Shown here: positions 25,260 through 38,370 of the stretch, in pieces
Layout: each line of letters opens with the position of its first letter
Position numbering within the stretch: the first letter of the stretch is position 1
Position numbers and translations under genes: made by a program
The notes under the pieces: model-generated
What the model saw: the letters and a program-made list of their open reading frames with translations, nothing else
Databases searched by the model: none
What the model was told of the DNA's origin: nothing
Source of the DNA: Octopus bimaculoides
Lineage: Eukaryota
Direction: 5' to 3'
DNA: 64,000 nucleotides
NCBI RefSeq assembly: GCF_001194135.2
Contig: NC_068990.1
Coordinates: 6,440,986 to 6,504,985, forward strand

Positions 25260-25900
25260 TCTCCAAGACATTTAAATGCCTTAACTCTCCTCACTTATAA
25301 CATTCTGTTTTCTATTTTATTGATTTCCTCTCCTCCTTCTCCTCCATCTAAATTTACTTTTTATTCGCTCTTCAGAAAAAGAAAGCTTTTTATATTCATG
25401 TAGTATTCTTTTTCTTCTCTTTAGTTGCAGAAGGAACCAATTCCTTTGTTCAGGACCGATATTCGGTTTGGTTTTCAATTTCCCTTACTTACTCTCTCAT
25501 TTCTCCTCCATTTCCAAATGTTTTATCACTTTATCTGTTTTTACTTTCGTTCGCACATTTCTTACAAAATCAATTCTTCCATCCTATGAACCTTAATTCT
25601 TTCTGTCAGTCACAAGCTGTTAATTTATCTGGAATTATAACTAAGTGGAAAAAAATGATGGATAGAAAGCTGACGACAACATTAAGCCGACTTTTTTTGC
25701 CGTCTTGTATTTCCTTCTCGATATCTTGTATTATTTATATTTAATTCTCACAAACCATTTCTCTGTACACTGCTTTTGTAAACAAGTTCATTAATCAAGA
25801 TTTAATTTGGTTATTTACTTCTAACGACTAAATTAAGGATGTTGTTTAAGTGCTCATAATTTCTGAATAATTTGTCAGAATGTTTTCTCGTACTTTATAA
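25260..25900 (-). mobile_element. RTE-like LINE RT fragment, very degenerate
   Basis: Remnants resemble VKAFKCLGE and the surrounding RT motifs. Confidence 0.35.
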
Positions 25901-26479
25901 TAATTTTTAATTAAAATATCAAATGAATAACTTTAAAAATCAGGAAAAAGTCCTTAGTACTAAATATTTAACCTCACATATCCTATATATTTGAAAACCA
26001 GACATTATATTCCCTGGCGCAAATCAGTGTGCTATTAAGGCAAAGGGTGGAGCAGCAGAAATGGTAGTGTTGCAATTCTAAGTCATGCCCTTGAACGTAC
26101 TGCACTTAAAAACATTCAATGGTTGAGTTTCAACGAGATTAATAAGTTATGTTTGTGAGTTCGATAAAATGGGCTACAAATTTCCTTGAAACATTTGTGG
26201 CTTCTTCACATGTTAGCACTCGTTATTATGGTTGTGTGAGAATCAGGAGGTGATAGAAGTGGGTATAGCACCTTTTGGTGTTTAGTTGCATCTCCTAGTT
26301 TGAATCTCGCTGGGCAACTTTCCCACATCCCATCAAAAGCCTAGCATCATACATATTTATCACCATCTTATGTTGACGTTAAAAATTATAACAGAATCTA
26401 TCCTATTCAAATCACTATAGCCCTTCCCACACTCACAAATTTTACACTAAAACATGATGGCTTCAATAATAATAACAAC

Positions 26480-27350
26480 CTCACACCAACCTCACTGCTT
26501 TATCTAACATCGACATTCGCAAAGCTTTTGATTCCATTTCCGATTGCCCACTTTAAAATAAAATATTGACCAATTCAAGAAGCAAAATAGAATATTGACT
26601 GTTTCCTGCATGAGGCACAACATGGGCCTGTTCTCTTACCAATTAATTTGACCTACATCTACACGATCTTCACACACATCTTCAAAACTTACACACAGCT
26701 TCATTTGTAGATGTCATCTCACTAACATTCTTCTACATTTTATATATACAATCGCAAAAAATTCTCCAACCTCACATCTATCAGCTAGAAACTAGGCTCC
26801 AAAAATTAGAGTAACACTTAATAAATCCAATATCTTTCCTTTTACCACTAATATTCGATTACTTGGAAAATGACCACCCATCGCATTCACCAATACAAAC
26901 ATATAATGCACATACAAAGAACATAAAAAGTACTAAAAGTATTTGGAGGTTTTTTAAAATACATAATCTCACCTATTCTCGTCATCCCCAATCTTTCCCA
27001 GTTTTCTCTCTCTCCAGAACATCATTCTTCTAGTCTATGATTTTTACGAAGCAGTCGTCTTGTAGTTGTTTAAGAAAAAACAACCACGTCGATCTCAACA
27101 GGGTCTTCCTCCAGAAGAATCGTTAGAAAAACAGAGAAAACATATCCACAAAACATATAGGAGGCACAAAAAAGAAAAAGAAAAGGATTCCATAACTCTC
27201 CGTAGTCACTATCAGAATTTATACCCATTCGGAAATATACTGAAGGAATAGAACATGTGTAGAATATGACACTGTACTTCATACGAATAACTAAAGCATG
27301 TCGGAAGATGCAATGTAGTTCATGGTAAGGCGGAAGCATGTTATATCGGA
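26480..27350 (+). mobile_element. Jockey/I-like LINE RT fragment, degenerate
   Basis: DIRKAFDSI motif, an SFVD (FADD-like) remnant and QKILQPHIYQLET. Confidence 0.55.
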
Positions 27351-27518
27351 AACAACAGTTTTATGTGGCTGGTGGTAACACAGTAACAACAGACGATGTT
27401 TCCATTTGACTTTTTTTTTATTTGATGCTTTAAAAGTATTTTATCATGTACTTGAAAAAGTACAGTTTAAAAGCAAAAAGTAAGTATGTATACATACATA
27501 CATACATACATACATACA

Positions 27519-27554
<36 letters not shown>

Positions 27555-27739
27555 GATAGGTAGATAGATATTAATATTTCTAAGTCTCTCTCTAAAGGAG
27601 ACTACGGCAGCGGTACTGGATATTAATAGTTATCGCCAAGCCAACATGGCAATCCAAAAAAATAGGACGAATGCTGCCGTTGATTAGCTCCAAGAGGCCA
27701 TCACCTCTAGCTAGCTATGTGACACACGAACCTGTGTCC

Positions 27740-28075
27740 TTTATAACCTTCGAACAGGCGGTTATAAAAATCCCGACGTGCGGACGCAGTCAGAACACTT
27801 GCTGTGTCTCATCCTGCTGGCATGGCTTCGAAGTTTCCGTTGCAGCTGTCCATGTCATGCCATACAGACTTTACAGTCTTCACAGAGCATTGAGCAGCAC
27901 TCATGATGCCGGGATTTTAATATCCAGCGCGAGTCATCATGATACAAGTAACTCTTTTTCGATATTCAGATGGCTTCCAGTCCTCTATGTCGGCAAACCT
28001 TTTCTCAAATACAACTTTAATCTTTATGCTCTCCAAAGCCGTTGACTGTTCACCAAAGCATCAACCCGCTCTGGG
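27740..28075 (-). mobile_element. maT/DD37D-like Tc1-mariner transposase N-terminal fragment
   Basis: MTRAGY...AQCSVKTVK; homologous to 49880-50175. Confidence 0.55.
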
Positions 28076-28469
28076 TCTTCGTTTTCTTCCAACCACAAAT
28101 TTTAATCAGAAAATTTTCAAAATATGTACTTTGATATAATTCTGTATGCTAATAACGAATATGGTAGTCATTATTTGGGAAAATTTGCAACAAAGAAGCA
28201 TTTAAGTTATTTTTAGCCAATGGATTTTAAACCACTGTCTTCACAGTGGATTTCGAAACTGTTTGCTGTCATGGCAACTCCGCTTCGTTAATTATTATTT
28301 CGAGTGTCTGTGACCGTTAGGAGTGGCACGTGGTTGGAAGGGGGAACCCTTCCACTTAGAAGTTTAATTATATTTCTCTACTGCTGGGTCAAAGAGTTGA
28401 CAAGTAGGTTTTGTAAGAATGAACTAGGGATTGGTGCGACTGTAACAGTTGATTATAAAAATTATTTAC

Positions 28470-28915
28470 GGGAGAAACTACAAGAAATTAGAAAATAATA
28501 GACCGGACATGACAATTATAGATAAGGAAGAGCGAAGTTGCTTACTGATCGACCTATCATGCCTGTTTGATTCCAGGATCGTAAAGAAAGAGGGTGAAAA
28601 ACAAAAAAATATACAATCCCTTAAAATTTAAAATTGTAAGAATTTTGAGCATGAGAACAGTAAAGGTCGTGCCTATAATAATTGGTGCGTCTGGAAGAGT
28701 AAGCAAAGATATAGAGAAACGCCCGAAGGAGATTGGAATAGAATGCCCGGTAGATCTCCTTCAGAAAGTTTGTCTCTTAGGGACAGCTAGGATCATCAGG
28801 AGAGCTCTAAGCACTTGAAAGACCACTGAAAACATGTGGATACCTAAGGTTACAGGTAATGACCTGCTACCCACATAAGTCGTACTAGGAATAAAACAGA
28901 ACCTGAACCAAACCA
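28470..28915 (+). mobile_element. R4/Dong-like LINE 3' end (RLE domain and 3' UTR)
   Basis: NNRPDMTIIDK...LLIDLSC...VVPIIIGASG...LQKVCLLGTARIIRRAL*, followed directly by (AAT)n. Confidence 0.8.
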
Positions 28916-28916
28916 A

Positions 28917-28990
<74 letters not shown>
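28916..28990. repeat. (AAT)n microsatellite
   Basis: Seen directly, between two R4/Dong pieces. Confidence 0.97.
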
Positions 28991-28992
<2 letters not shown>

Positions 28993-29080
28993 GCCTTCTA
29001 ATTGATGTTTCAATACCAGCAGATGACAACGTTTCTCTAAAAGAAATGGAAAAACTTTCAAAATACAAAGACCTGGAAAT
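28990..29080 (+). mobile_element. R4/Dong-like short RLE module, truncated by an assembly gap
   Basis: CLLIDVSIPADDNVSLKEMEKLSKYKDLE starts right after (AAT)n; same family as 30521-30900. Confidence 0.85.
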
Positions 29081-29759
29081 NNNNNNNNNNNNNNNNNNNN
29101 NNNNNNNNNNNNNNNNNNNNNNNNNNNNNNNNNNNNNNNNNNNNNNNNNNNNNNNNNNNNNNNNNNNNNNNNNNNNNNNNNNNNNNNNNNNNNNNNNNNN
29201 NNNNNNNNNNNNNNNNNNNNNNNNNNNNNNNNNNNNNNNNNNNNNNNNNNNNNNNNNNNNNNNNNNNTATATATAACTATCTTTTCTAGCAGTAATTAAA
29301 AATAGACCAAGATGACTTGGCTCATTTCAAATTCAAGATCAGCGCTCTCATTGATCGCTAATAGTAGTAAATACTTTTGATATTTGCTGACCGCAAGGGG
29401 GTGAGGCCGCTTTTGTCTCCTTATCGCACAGGAATGCCCGTTGCTGATCTCTTCACCATCTGCCGAATCTATTTACAGACCCGTGAAATTTAATCTCTGT
29501 TCACCAAGCTGTCTATCTTGCTCTTATTATTCCCTTAAACACTCACATATTTATGATCATCTCAAGTACAAGACAAAAGTTGAAACTAAACAACATTCAA
29601 AAATACCTTTTAATAATAGATGGATATAATAATAATGATGGTAATAATAATAATAATAATTTAGCCAAAACTCATGTCGGATCAGAGGAAATATTAACAA
29701 TGACAAATAGTCGTAAAAAATGAAAATAATAATAGTGATGATAATAATAATAATGAAAG

Positions 29760-30420
29760 GAAGCGGTTGGAGTCTCCCTATGCTCTGACTGATGATAATC
29801 TAGTGATGGTGTCACACGAGAAACACTGGTAATTGCGCAACCTGATAATCGCTGCCTCATATGAGTGACAATAAAAAAACAAAATATTGTGAATAACGGC
29901 GGTAATGAAAATGAAGCCTTTGATGGTGAAAGTGTTACACTCTGCAGGCTCAGAGATACTGGTCCGACTCCGGCCTGTCGTTATCCAGCAAGGAACCAGC
30001 AGACACGGCGTAGATGGAACAAACAAATCAATGCTGTGGTCATGGAGTGTTACTACCCGAGCAGTCCCGTAGACGAAAATCGTGTTCATCTTAGGGCATA
30101 CCGACAATGTATGTATGATCAATGGAGAGAAAGAGGATTGTTTCAACTCACAGATCAGAGATTATGTGATCAAGCTAGAGCAATAAGAAAGTCGTTGGTT
30201 CACAGAAGTAGAGCTCGAAGCTAGCAAAAGACGGGTATTGGAAAACAGCAGCAGAGGAAACGATGGGAAATACAGTTCTTTCTGATAAAAGTAATCTCTT
30301 AGCAGAAAACAGAGGTGAAATCTCTAATAAAACACAGGAAAGGAACAGTGATAGCTTGCTCGATGAGAGAGACAATAAAACTACGCCTCACGTGATTTTC
30401 AACGAGTTTTAACATCCAGT
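29760..30420 (+). mobile_element. R4/Dong-like LINE 5' end (N-terminal Myb-like region)
   Basis: RRRWNKQINAVVMECYY...YRQCMYDQWRERGLFQLTDQRLCDQARAIRK. Preceded by degenerate TAA repeats. Confidence 0.75.
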
Positions 30421-30445
30421 TTTTTAGTTGTTGTTGAAGTTGTTG

Positions 30446-30519
<74 letters not shown>

Positions 30520-30520
30520 G

Positions 30521-30900
30521 TTCAGTAGTTTTATTTTTATAACGTGCTTTCACTTCACAACCGAGCGCAGCTCTGTGTGCCTTGGGCATGTGCTGTGGTT
30601 TGCTGTGGTGCTCTTATGGTTACTGTATTGAAAGTGTTTTGCGTAGGATGTGTGCAGTGCCCAGTAGTGCAATTTTTTGTATGTTATATATATTTGTAAG
30701 TCCTGGTATTTTTGTTATGTATTTGTCTGAATATCCTTTTATCATACCTAAGGCGCCTACTATGATAGGTATTGTTTCTGTTTTTAGATTCCATATTCGA
30801 GTTACCTCTATTTCCAGGTCTTTGTATTTTGAAAGTTTCTCCATTTCTTTTAGGGAAACGTCATCTGCTGGTATTGATACATCAATTAGAAAGCATTTTT
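30521..30900 (-). mobile_element. R4/Dong-like short RLE module with (TAA)n on both sides
   Basis: MEKLSKYKDLEIEVTRIWNLKTETIPIIVGALG...LLGTAHILRKTLSIQ*. (TTA)n at about 30447-30519 and 30905-30965. Confidence 0.88.
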
Positions 30901-31292
30901 TCCTTTATTATTATTATTATTATGATTATTATTATTATTATTATTATCATTATTATATTATTATTCACTGCTGAATTTTCAAGTCACTCTTCGTAGTAAA
31001 GGATTTTTAAAAGATGGAATAGTTTTTATAAAAACTGCTCGCAAAGTCTATCCGTATACAGACAACATAGGAAAAAATTCTTTAAGTTGCTTGCATACAA
31101 AGAAATTGGTTTCAAAACCTTCGAGCCACACCCTCTCAAAAGAAAACTAAAAATGAATAACGCACTTCACAAACAACAAATAAATAAAAAAAAAGAATTG
31201 TAATTTAATTGTGCAACAAAATATTAATGTTGAACATGAATAAAAAGAAAATATTTTAACAACCACTTTGAATACCTGAGTGAAAATGCTGT

Positions 31293-31293
31293 C

Positions 31294-31360
<67 letters not shown>

Positions 31361-31375
31361 GCAGCAGCAGCAGCA
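31293..31375. repeat. (CAA)n(CAG)n microsatellite
   Basis: Seen directly. Confidence 0.97.
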
Positions 31376-31619
31376 CCGTCACATACACACGTTCTTTATC
31401 AAACGAAAAATATTTCCGTTCTTTCACAATGCAACAACACTTTTGCTGCTATTTTAAACAATTCCCGATGTCCAAATATGAAAGAAGCAGTAAGAGCTAG
31501 ACATGTTTCACGAAACGGCTTCTCTCTGCTGGCCACTATATATAGAATCAAATAAAAGAATAAAAATATCTATAACTGTCTTCCAAAAAAAAAAAAAAGA
31601 AAAAAAAGAATGAAGAAGG

Positions 31620-33000
31620 ATTTCAGCCATCAGCAAATCCTTAAAAGAACAGCTGGAAGAAGCTTCGTTATACGATGTGTGGTGCAAACCATCTCTCTAG
31701 AGAAGGGAAGAATGTATGAACCCGTTTGCATAATTTTTGATATTGAAAGCACAGCCCAAATATAGGCTAAAGGGGTTAAGGTACATATCCACACCTACAG
31801 GTATGCTCCAATATTTAGGCCAAAGAGATACAGGCGGGGTGGTGTCAGTCAAGGGTACCGGCAACGGTTGTGACTTCTGGTTTGTTGAATATCAGAGGAT
31901 TGGAAGGTGATCAAAGTGTGTGACAAAGGACGATGTGTGATTAGGAGGGGGTCAGAAAGGATTTATAAGAACTAATGACCTCTTCGAAAGCAATAGGGCC
32001 ATTCTGGAACAATGCCTTATTGCAAGAGCAGAACCTTTGAGAGCCGCTGTAGACGGCAAAAAGGTTTAGTTGTTAACCTGTAGAAGCAAGTGACATCTGG
32101 AGGTAATTTGCCCTGAAGAACTAGAGAAGGTAAAAAAGAAAGGTAAATTGTAAAGAGCAATAATAACAACGCCAACTACATCAGGTCCAATCTCTAAGTC
32201 ACCTTCTGCCTCATCAGCAGCACAATCAACATGAACAGCAACAACGGTGTATCGTTCTGCTATAACCACACTCACCACTACATTAATGATTTTCGATGAA
32301 GTAAGGGATAACAATATTACAAACATTGACAACACTGTCACTGCCATAATCACAACAGCCATCGCTAAATATAGCACTAAATACAGTTCAGTTCGGAAAG
32401 ACGGTGAATCCTTTATGAGGGCGAGGAAAATTGTATAATAAAACAGCTAATGCGCATTTTTGTTAGTATCAAGGAAAGTATTAATGTTTACAAATGCACT
32501 GTAAGTTGCAGAAACATCAACACCAAGACTGGTTCTATTGTAAACTTGACGCATTGACAGGATGGAAATACTCGAGAAGCATATAAAATCACAAAACTTT
32601 TGCGTTTCGTGGCAATCGTTTTGGAACAATAGATGTAAGATTTACTCCCGAAGAAGAGACGAGCACCCACTCTCTCACCTTTTTAAAATATGAACAATGT
32701 TTCTTAATTTCTTCCCATACAGAGAGAAGACTGGCAGAGGTGACAGTGAAAGATGTTCTGCCAGAAAGAGACGTATGGTGGCTGATAGTGACACAGTAGG
32801 TGATGATGAAGAGATCATCCAACACACAGAAAAAGCTTCATCAGAAGCGCGGGTGCTCAGGAATTGGTATGGAAATGACCATACAAAATAATCTGGAAAC
32901 AACGCGATAATCCTGGGTATTATACGCAGCTATCGGCAGTGGTTGACAGTAAAAACCCTATGCGGTCTGGATATTCATCCGGGGGCTTTCTGCTACACAC

Positions 33001-33031
<31 letters not shown>

Positions 33032-33400
33032 GGCAACAGACCCGCACTGCTCCCGACAGCTCACGAAGAACAACAACGCTAACAATATGAACAACAGCAA
33101 AATGACCACAACTTCAGTAGCAGCAACAAAGCAAAACGATCAACAATTGCAGCCACAAAAATCGAATCAACAGCTTCAGAAGCAGCAGTAACTACAAAAA
33201 ACGTTACAACAGCAACACATCCAACAACAACAGGTATCCCCAAAATAACAACAGACCCTGATTTCAAACCAACCCCAAAAGGAAACTTCCCAGCAATACC
33301 TTCATCATCCATCACAGAAAAACGGTAGTGCGCAGGCACAAATAGTTATAGACTCATCTTTCCCTCAAAAACGACAGTGTTTTCTTCATCAGAAATATTA
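31620..33400 (+). mobile_element. Degenerate LINE ORF1 (gag-like) relics, probably two copies
   Basis: AVDGKKV*LLTCRSK*HLEVICP (CX2CX4HX4C remnant) and VVDSK..LCGLDIHPGAFC, each followed by a Thr-rich low-complexity tail. Confidence 0.35.
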
Positions 33401-34739
33401 CCAAGTGACAAAGCCGAGGTGAGAAACCAAACAAATGCGTCAATCTATACGAACTTCAATTCGGAAGGGCCGTGTCGGCGCATGCAGTTGACGTCACCAT
33501 TGTGGTGATGGTCACACTGAAGTGGAAACGGTCGACACTGTTCTCAAGAAATACGATAGAGTAGCAGGGGCTATGATCAGTTCAGACAAGTCAGAGGATT
33601 TGGAGATCGGCACCTGGAAAAGTAGGTCCGTGTCGGCGGACAACATTATTGGGCACAAGGCTAACGGGCCAGTAAAACTGCCTGGGGTTTGATTTCAGAT
33701 CTCGACATCCAAGACAAGCCAGAATTTGGACGAGGTATGATGCAGTATAGTCTCTTCCAAAAATTTGTTGAGAAAACGCTTTTTATGAGATTCGGCGAGA
33801 GATGGCAGATTTCTTCGTTGCTTCCATTATTATATTATTTACCTGCCTCACTGCTGTGCTTTGGAGCCACTGATATTCAACTTTTGTAGGAGGGGCCTTT
33901 TCGATCGGTCATGCAGTCCCTCTATTGTCAGCATCCTCTGCATGGTGGGTTCCGTATACACAGTGGCTGCGTTACCTACATACATTCTTAGACGGTGGAT
34001 AAGTGTGGTTACCGTTTTTGAGGCACATGTTTCTGCTTTGCCTCTCTGATAGAGCTACAGTCCTAGCTGAAGCAAAGTCCGAGAGTGAATGCTAGCGATT
34101 CAATAGCGATAAGCAAGAGCACCGGTGGTAACATTGATCTTATGCCCAAAGTCACTGAATACATACATAAACATCAGTACGAAGGGTATCAGTTGAACAT
34201 CCTCTTAAAAACTTTTGTCAAGTGGAAACAGATTCATAACAGTCTGGATATCGTTGTTTGGGACAGATAAGGAAAATAATGTTTGTTAGTTGCCCTATTG
34301 ATGTGAATGTCTATCTGAAAATCAAAGAGAAAGAGGGTAACTACGGACAACTGCTTCGAACTTCAACTTCTATACACAAATTATAAATTCGCATTAATTG
34401 GTTTTGTTAGTAAATGCCTAAGGAGGAGTTTTTAGAAAAAGAAATCAACCAGCTAACACACATATTACTAATAAAATCTGTAAGTGGAAGAGTAAAACAT
34501 ACATGACTTTTCTCAAGGGCAAAATGTGACATTATTTTTTATATTTACGTTCTAAAGATGGAGCTTTGTATCTTTGTAGGAAAGCAGCTACTTACTTACA
34601 GAAGACTTCAAATAATTAAAAGTAGAATAGAACATAATACATACATACATATTACAAGTTCAGGTTTATACCTGTAGTTATTGGGGCCCTGAGATATGCA
34701 ACACACTGCCTAAATACCAATCTTGAGAAATTAGGCTTC

Positions 34740-35095
34740 TCAAAACCAGAAATGAGAAAGCTAATTCGATGTCTACAGATCCAATCCATCACTGGAACTG
34801 TAAAAATCTGTAAAACTTTCCAGAAGTTTATCATTTAAATATATATGAGCATGTCTAGATATGTAACTATATGTATGAGAATACATACATAAACATACAA
34901 ATCTGCACATACATACATACATACATACATACATACATACATACATACATACATACATACATACATACAAACAAGCAAAAATACCCTGTTGTTGATGTTG
35001 AAATCCCAATGAAAGAACCTTGGATCTAGATTAGAAATCGGTTCTTTCTCTATTGGCAAGAAATCTTGAAATAAACTGAATAATGACATACACAC
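34740..35095. repeat. Dispersed about 350-bp element; inverted copy at 38405-38705
   Basis: 42-nt perfect reverse-complement match between 34797-34838 and 38608-38649, with similarity along the whole length and internal or flanking (CATA)n. Confidence 0.9.
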
Positions 35096-36309
35096 CTATC
35101 TACCTACCTACCTACCTACCTACCTACCTACCTGCATATGTATATAGTATGAGTTAAGCTGCATGACATATAACCAGTTTTAAGAGCTCTATGAGTCTTT
35201 ATATTCTGAAAGAGAAGGCTGTGAAGAGAATTCGTGTTATTAAGTCCAAATGTCTCGCTTCTGGTCTCCATAGTTACAAAGATTGCTGAGAATACATAAG
35301 AAAAAAAAAAAAAAAGAAAACAACACTGAAATTATTTACTTATACCATACTTACACATGTTTCAGCGAATATTTCAAAGCCAACTTACATAGGTTTGGCT
35401 CGATGTAAATATTACAAATTCATATCTTTAAAGTTAATTTCAGAATTGAAGTGTTTATTGCTTGTTTTTGAATATATATAAACAGCAAAACAATTGGAAA
35501 ATGTACCTTTAGAAGGCAATACATTGCTAACTATTCTTTCCAAGATGGCAAATAACATTTTCAGAAAATGGACTGTAAAGACTTTTATAGCAGTGAAGAG
35601 TGTAACTGGTTGTTGTTGATTTATATATATATGATAATGACAAATATATACATTTACAAAGACTTACTGACCCAAATTTCGGCTTTTACACATACGCGCA
35701 TTCAGACATGTATACATGTTTACACTAACTCACAGCTACAAGTATATAAGTATATACATACAGAAATAAAATTATAAATAGAGAAATATACTTTGATAAA
35801 ATTTATTTTACCCTTGGATATTCATATTTAACAACAAGATAAATTAGTTACATGTCTGCATTAATATATATATATAATTTAAAAATTAATACAGACAATA
35901 AGCTTGCTCGGCAGGTTAAAAGAATTCCATGTTTATATCTCAAGATAACACTTCAAAACGCAGAGAGTCAATTTTCGAAGCATGAAGATATGGAAGACAA
36001 TAAGAATAAAAATAGGATTAATAAAACGGTTTTCTATAGAAGGGAGCGGAAATTTAGTAAGATATTAAAAAGTAAATAAGAGATGATTTTGGTATAAGAG
36101 AAGGTTAAATATAAAAGAATGAATTAAAAACTCATATATTTAACATTAACAATCTAGAAAATAAAGAATAGTAGAGACAGAGAAAAAACAACAAAATGAA
36201 ACTAAGTAAAAGTTCTTAGTGATTACATTTAAGAAATATAAGAATTGATGTCAACAAAAAAATATGAATAACATGGAATTAAAAATTAGAAGACATTTTG
36301 AGTTAAGAG

Positions 36310-38370
36310 AGTTCCCCGTGTTTGTAAACATGTGGTTGAGTTAGTGTGTTGGTTCAACTGTCGATGCGTACACTCAGGTGTGTGAATCTATTCACAAAAG
36401 AATCTCAGATGGAGAATTTTTGCAATGTCTCACAAATCTTCATTGTGCTACGAATAGAGTGGATTTCGAAAATCTGCGTCAGTTTCTTTCGCTCTTTCAA
36501 GGTTCTTGTGCAAATTTGTCGGTACATAACCTAATGCATCTATGATGAGAATTCATAGTCAGGGTACAAGATCTGTAAATTCTGCATTAATTTGCCATAA
36601 ATATTCTCTTTTTTCTGGACTTTTGATTGTACATTCCCATCCACCGGGCAGCTGACATCCAGAGAAGTGCATGACCTTTGTTCCCTATTTCACAGAGCAA
36701 TATCAGATCTGTTATGTTTGCACCGAATCGATGTTCTTATTGGGTTTCTCCTCTGATATTCCTGGTTTTTAAAGGTATCAATACTTACTGGTTCTGATAT
36801 GTCTTTGATGCCAGAGCAGTCCTCTCTACGGATAGCAATGTAAATAGTCTTTGCAACTATATCATGTCTCAGGGGCAGGTAAGTATGTTGTAGACATTTG
36901 GGGGCAGATGCTGATGATGCAGGTGATACCTTCCACACTGGTATAGCAGAGTCGACATTTTTTTTTATCACAACGTGGTTTGGTGGTACCTTTGACCCAC
37001 ACGTTTATCAGGTATTTTATTTAGTAGCTATTTCCTGTTCTTGGATAGTGAAAGCATATCCCTCTAGGTGCGATATAACGTATCTATCGCATGTCCAGGA
37101 GAGGCTACTCATCCTGTCAATGATGCTGTTTCCCTCTAGCTTACGGGATATGCATCCATGCATTGGTTTTTATTGGTATGATGCTTGCTTCTCCTCCAAA
37201 CCTCTGTTTAGGTGGACCAGTTCAGTTTCCTTTGGGTCGCACGAAACAGTTGTAGTCTCAGAGTACCTGCACAATTGTACTCCAACTCTGAAGGTGCTGT
37301 TGTTCTCGCTATTGAGTATGCAGGGAATATACTTATTTCTTTACCGCTCAGCTGATAGTCTGAGTGATACAATACGACATTCAAAGTCTGTTTCAACTGA
37401 TCTCATGCCTCTACGGCCACCACCTTGTCTCACATAAATCCTATCGGAGTCACTGTTAATTTAGAAATTGCCAGTGGTGGTCAGTTCCTTTCTGGTTTTG
37501 ATGTCCAAGCTACGTATTTCATCGAGTGTCCATTCCAATATCCCAAATGTTAGTACTAGCACTGGTACTGAAAAGCATTGTAAAATATGGTCTTATTAAA
37601 TGCAGACAACTCTGAGTTTCACATTATCTGAAGTCTGCAGAAGTACTCTTTTATTATTTTAGCTTTAGTCAGCATCAATGTACGCAACATTCTCATCAGT
37701 TCCGAGATATTTGTAGTTTTCATCATTTGAGAGAGGGGAGATTGACAAGCCGTTGATGAACATGTTCTCTGCCTGGTAGACAATTTTTCCTCGGTTACCT
37801 ATCATGTATGAGCGTTTATCTTGCCCAAACTTTATTGCTATATCTCGTGAGAAAGTTGTGACTAGTTCTAATTGTCTCTTGATGTTGGTTATATTACCAA
37901 CATATAACTTTGTATCATCAACAAAATATGTTTAAGGTGACATTAATTTTATTCTTCTCTGCATATCTCAGCATGCAGCCTTGGCATTTCGTTAACAGGG
38001 CTGAGAAGGGATTCACTGCCAGTACAAACAGCATTACAAATAAACTATCACACTGGAATATGTCTGTTGCTAGCTTAATTCTGTTTGTAACAATAGGTGT
38101 TATTTTAGTAGTTGTCAAGGATAACTGTATGGACCATGTTGCAGTCAGTCTTTCAACGGCATTTACAGTAGCAGCTGGTACTCTGGCAAAGTGTAGTGAT
38201 TCTGTCACCCATGAGTAAGGTACAGAGTCGAACTCCTTCTTGTAGTCTAACCATACCGTTAAGAGATTACAGTCATGCTGCTTCGACAGGACAGCTTTGC
38301 TGAAGACGAGTTGTTCAGCACAGTTCCGGATGCTTTTTTACTTCATGCCTGTTCATCGGTTATCACATCA
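36310..38370 (-). mobile_element. R4-clade non-LTR retrotransposon, 5'-truncated (RT, Zn knuckle, RLE), degenerate
   Basis: WLDYKKEFDSVPYSW, IFQCDSLFVMLFVLAVNP (QGD region), YLPLRHDIVAK and HNRSDI (RPD-like). Confidence 0.8.

Noticed and set aside
31273-31290. AG|GT recursive-splice-like sites (ttttcactcag|gtattc here; also 9675-9700 and 11634-11645)
   Set aside because: The donor halves are weak, and such motifs are expected by chance in 32 kb of AT-rich intron; nascent RNA saw-tooth data would be needed.
36898-37437. 179-aa plus-strand ORF
   Set aside because: Antisense shadow of the R4 retrotransposon coding region.
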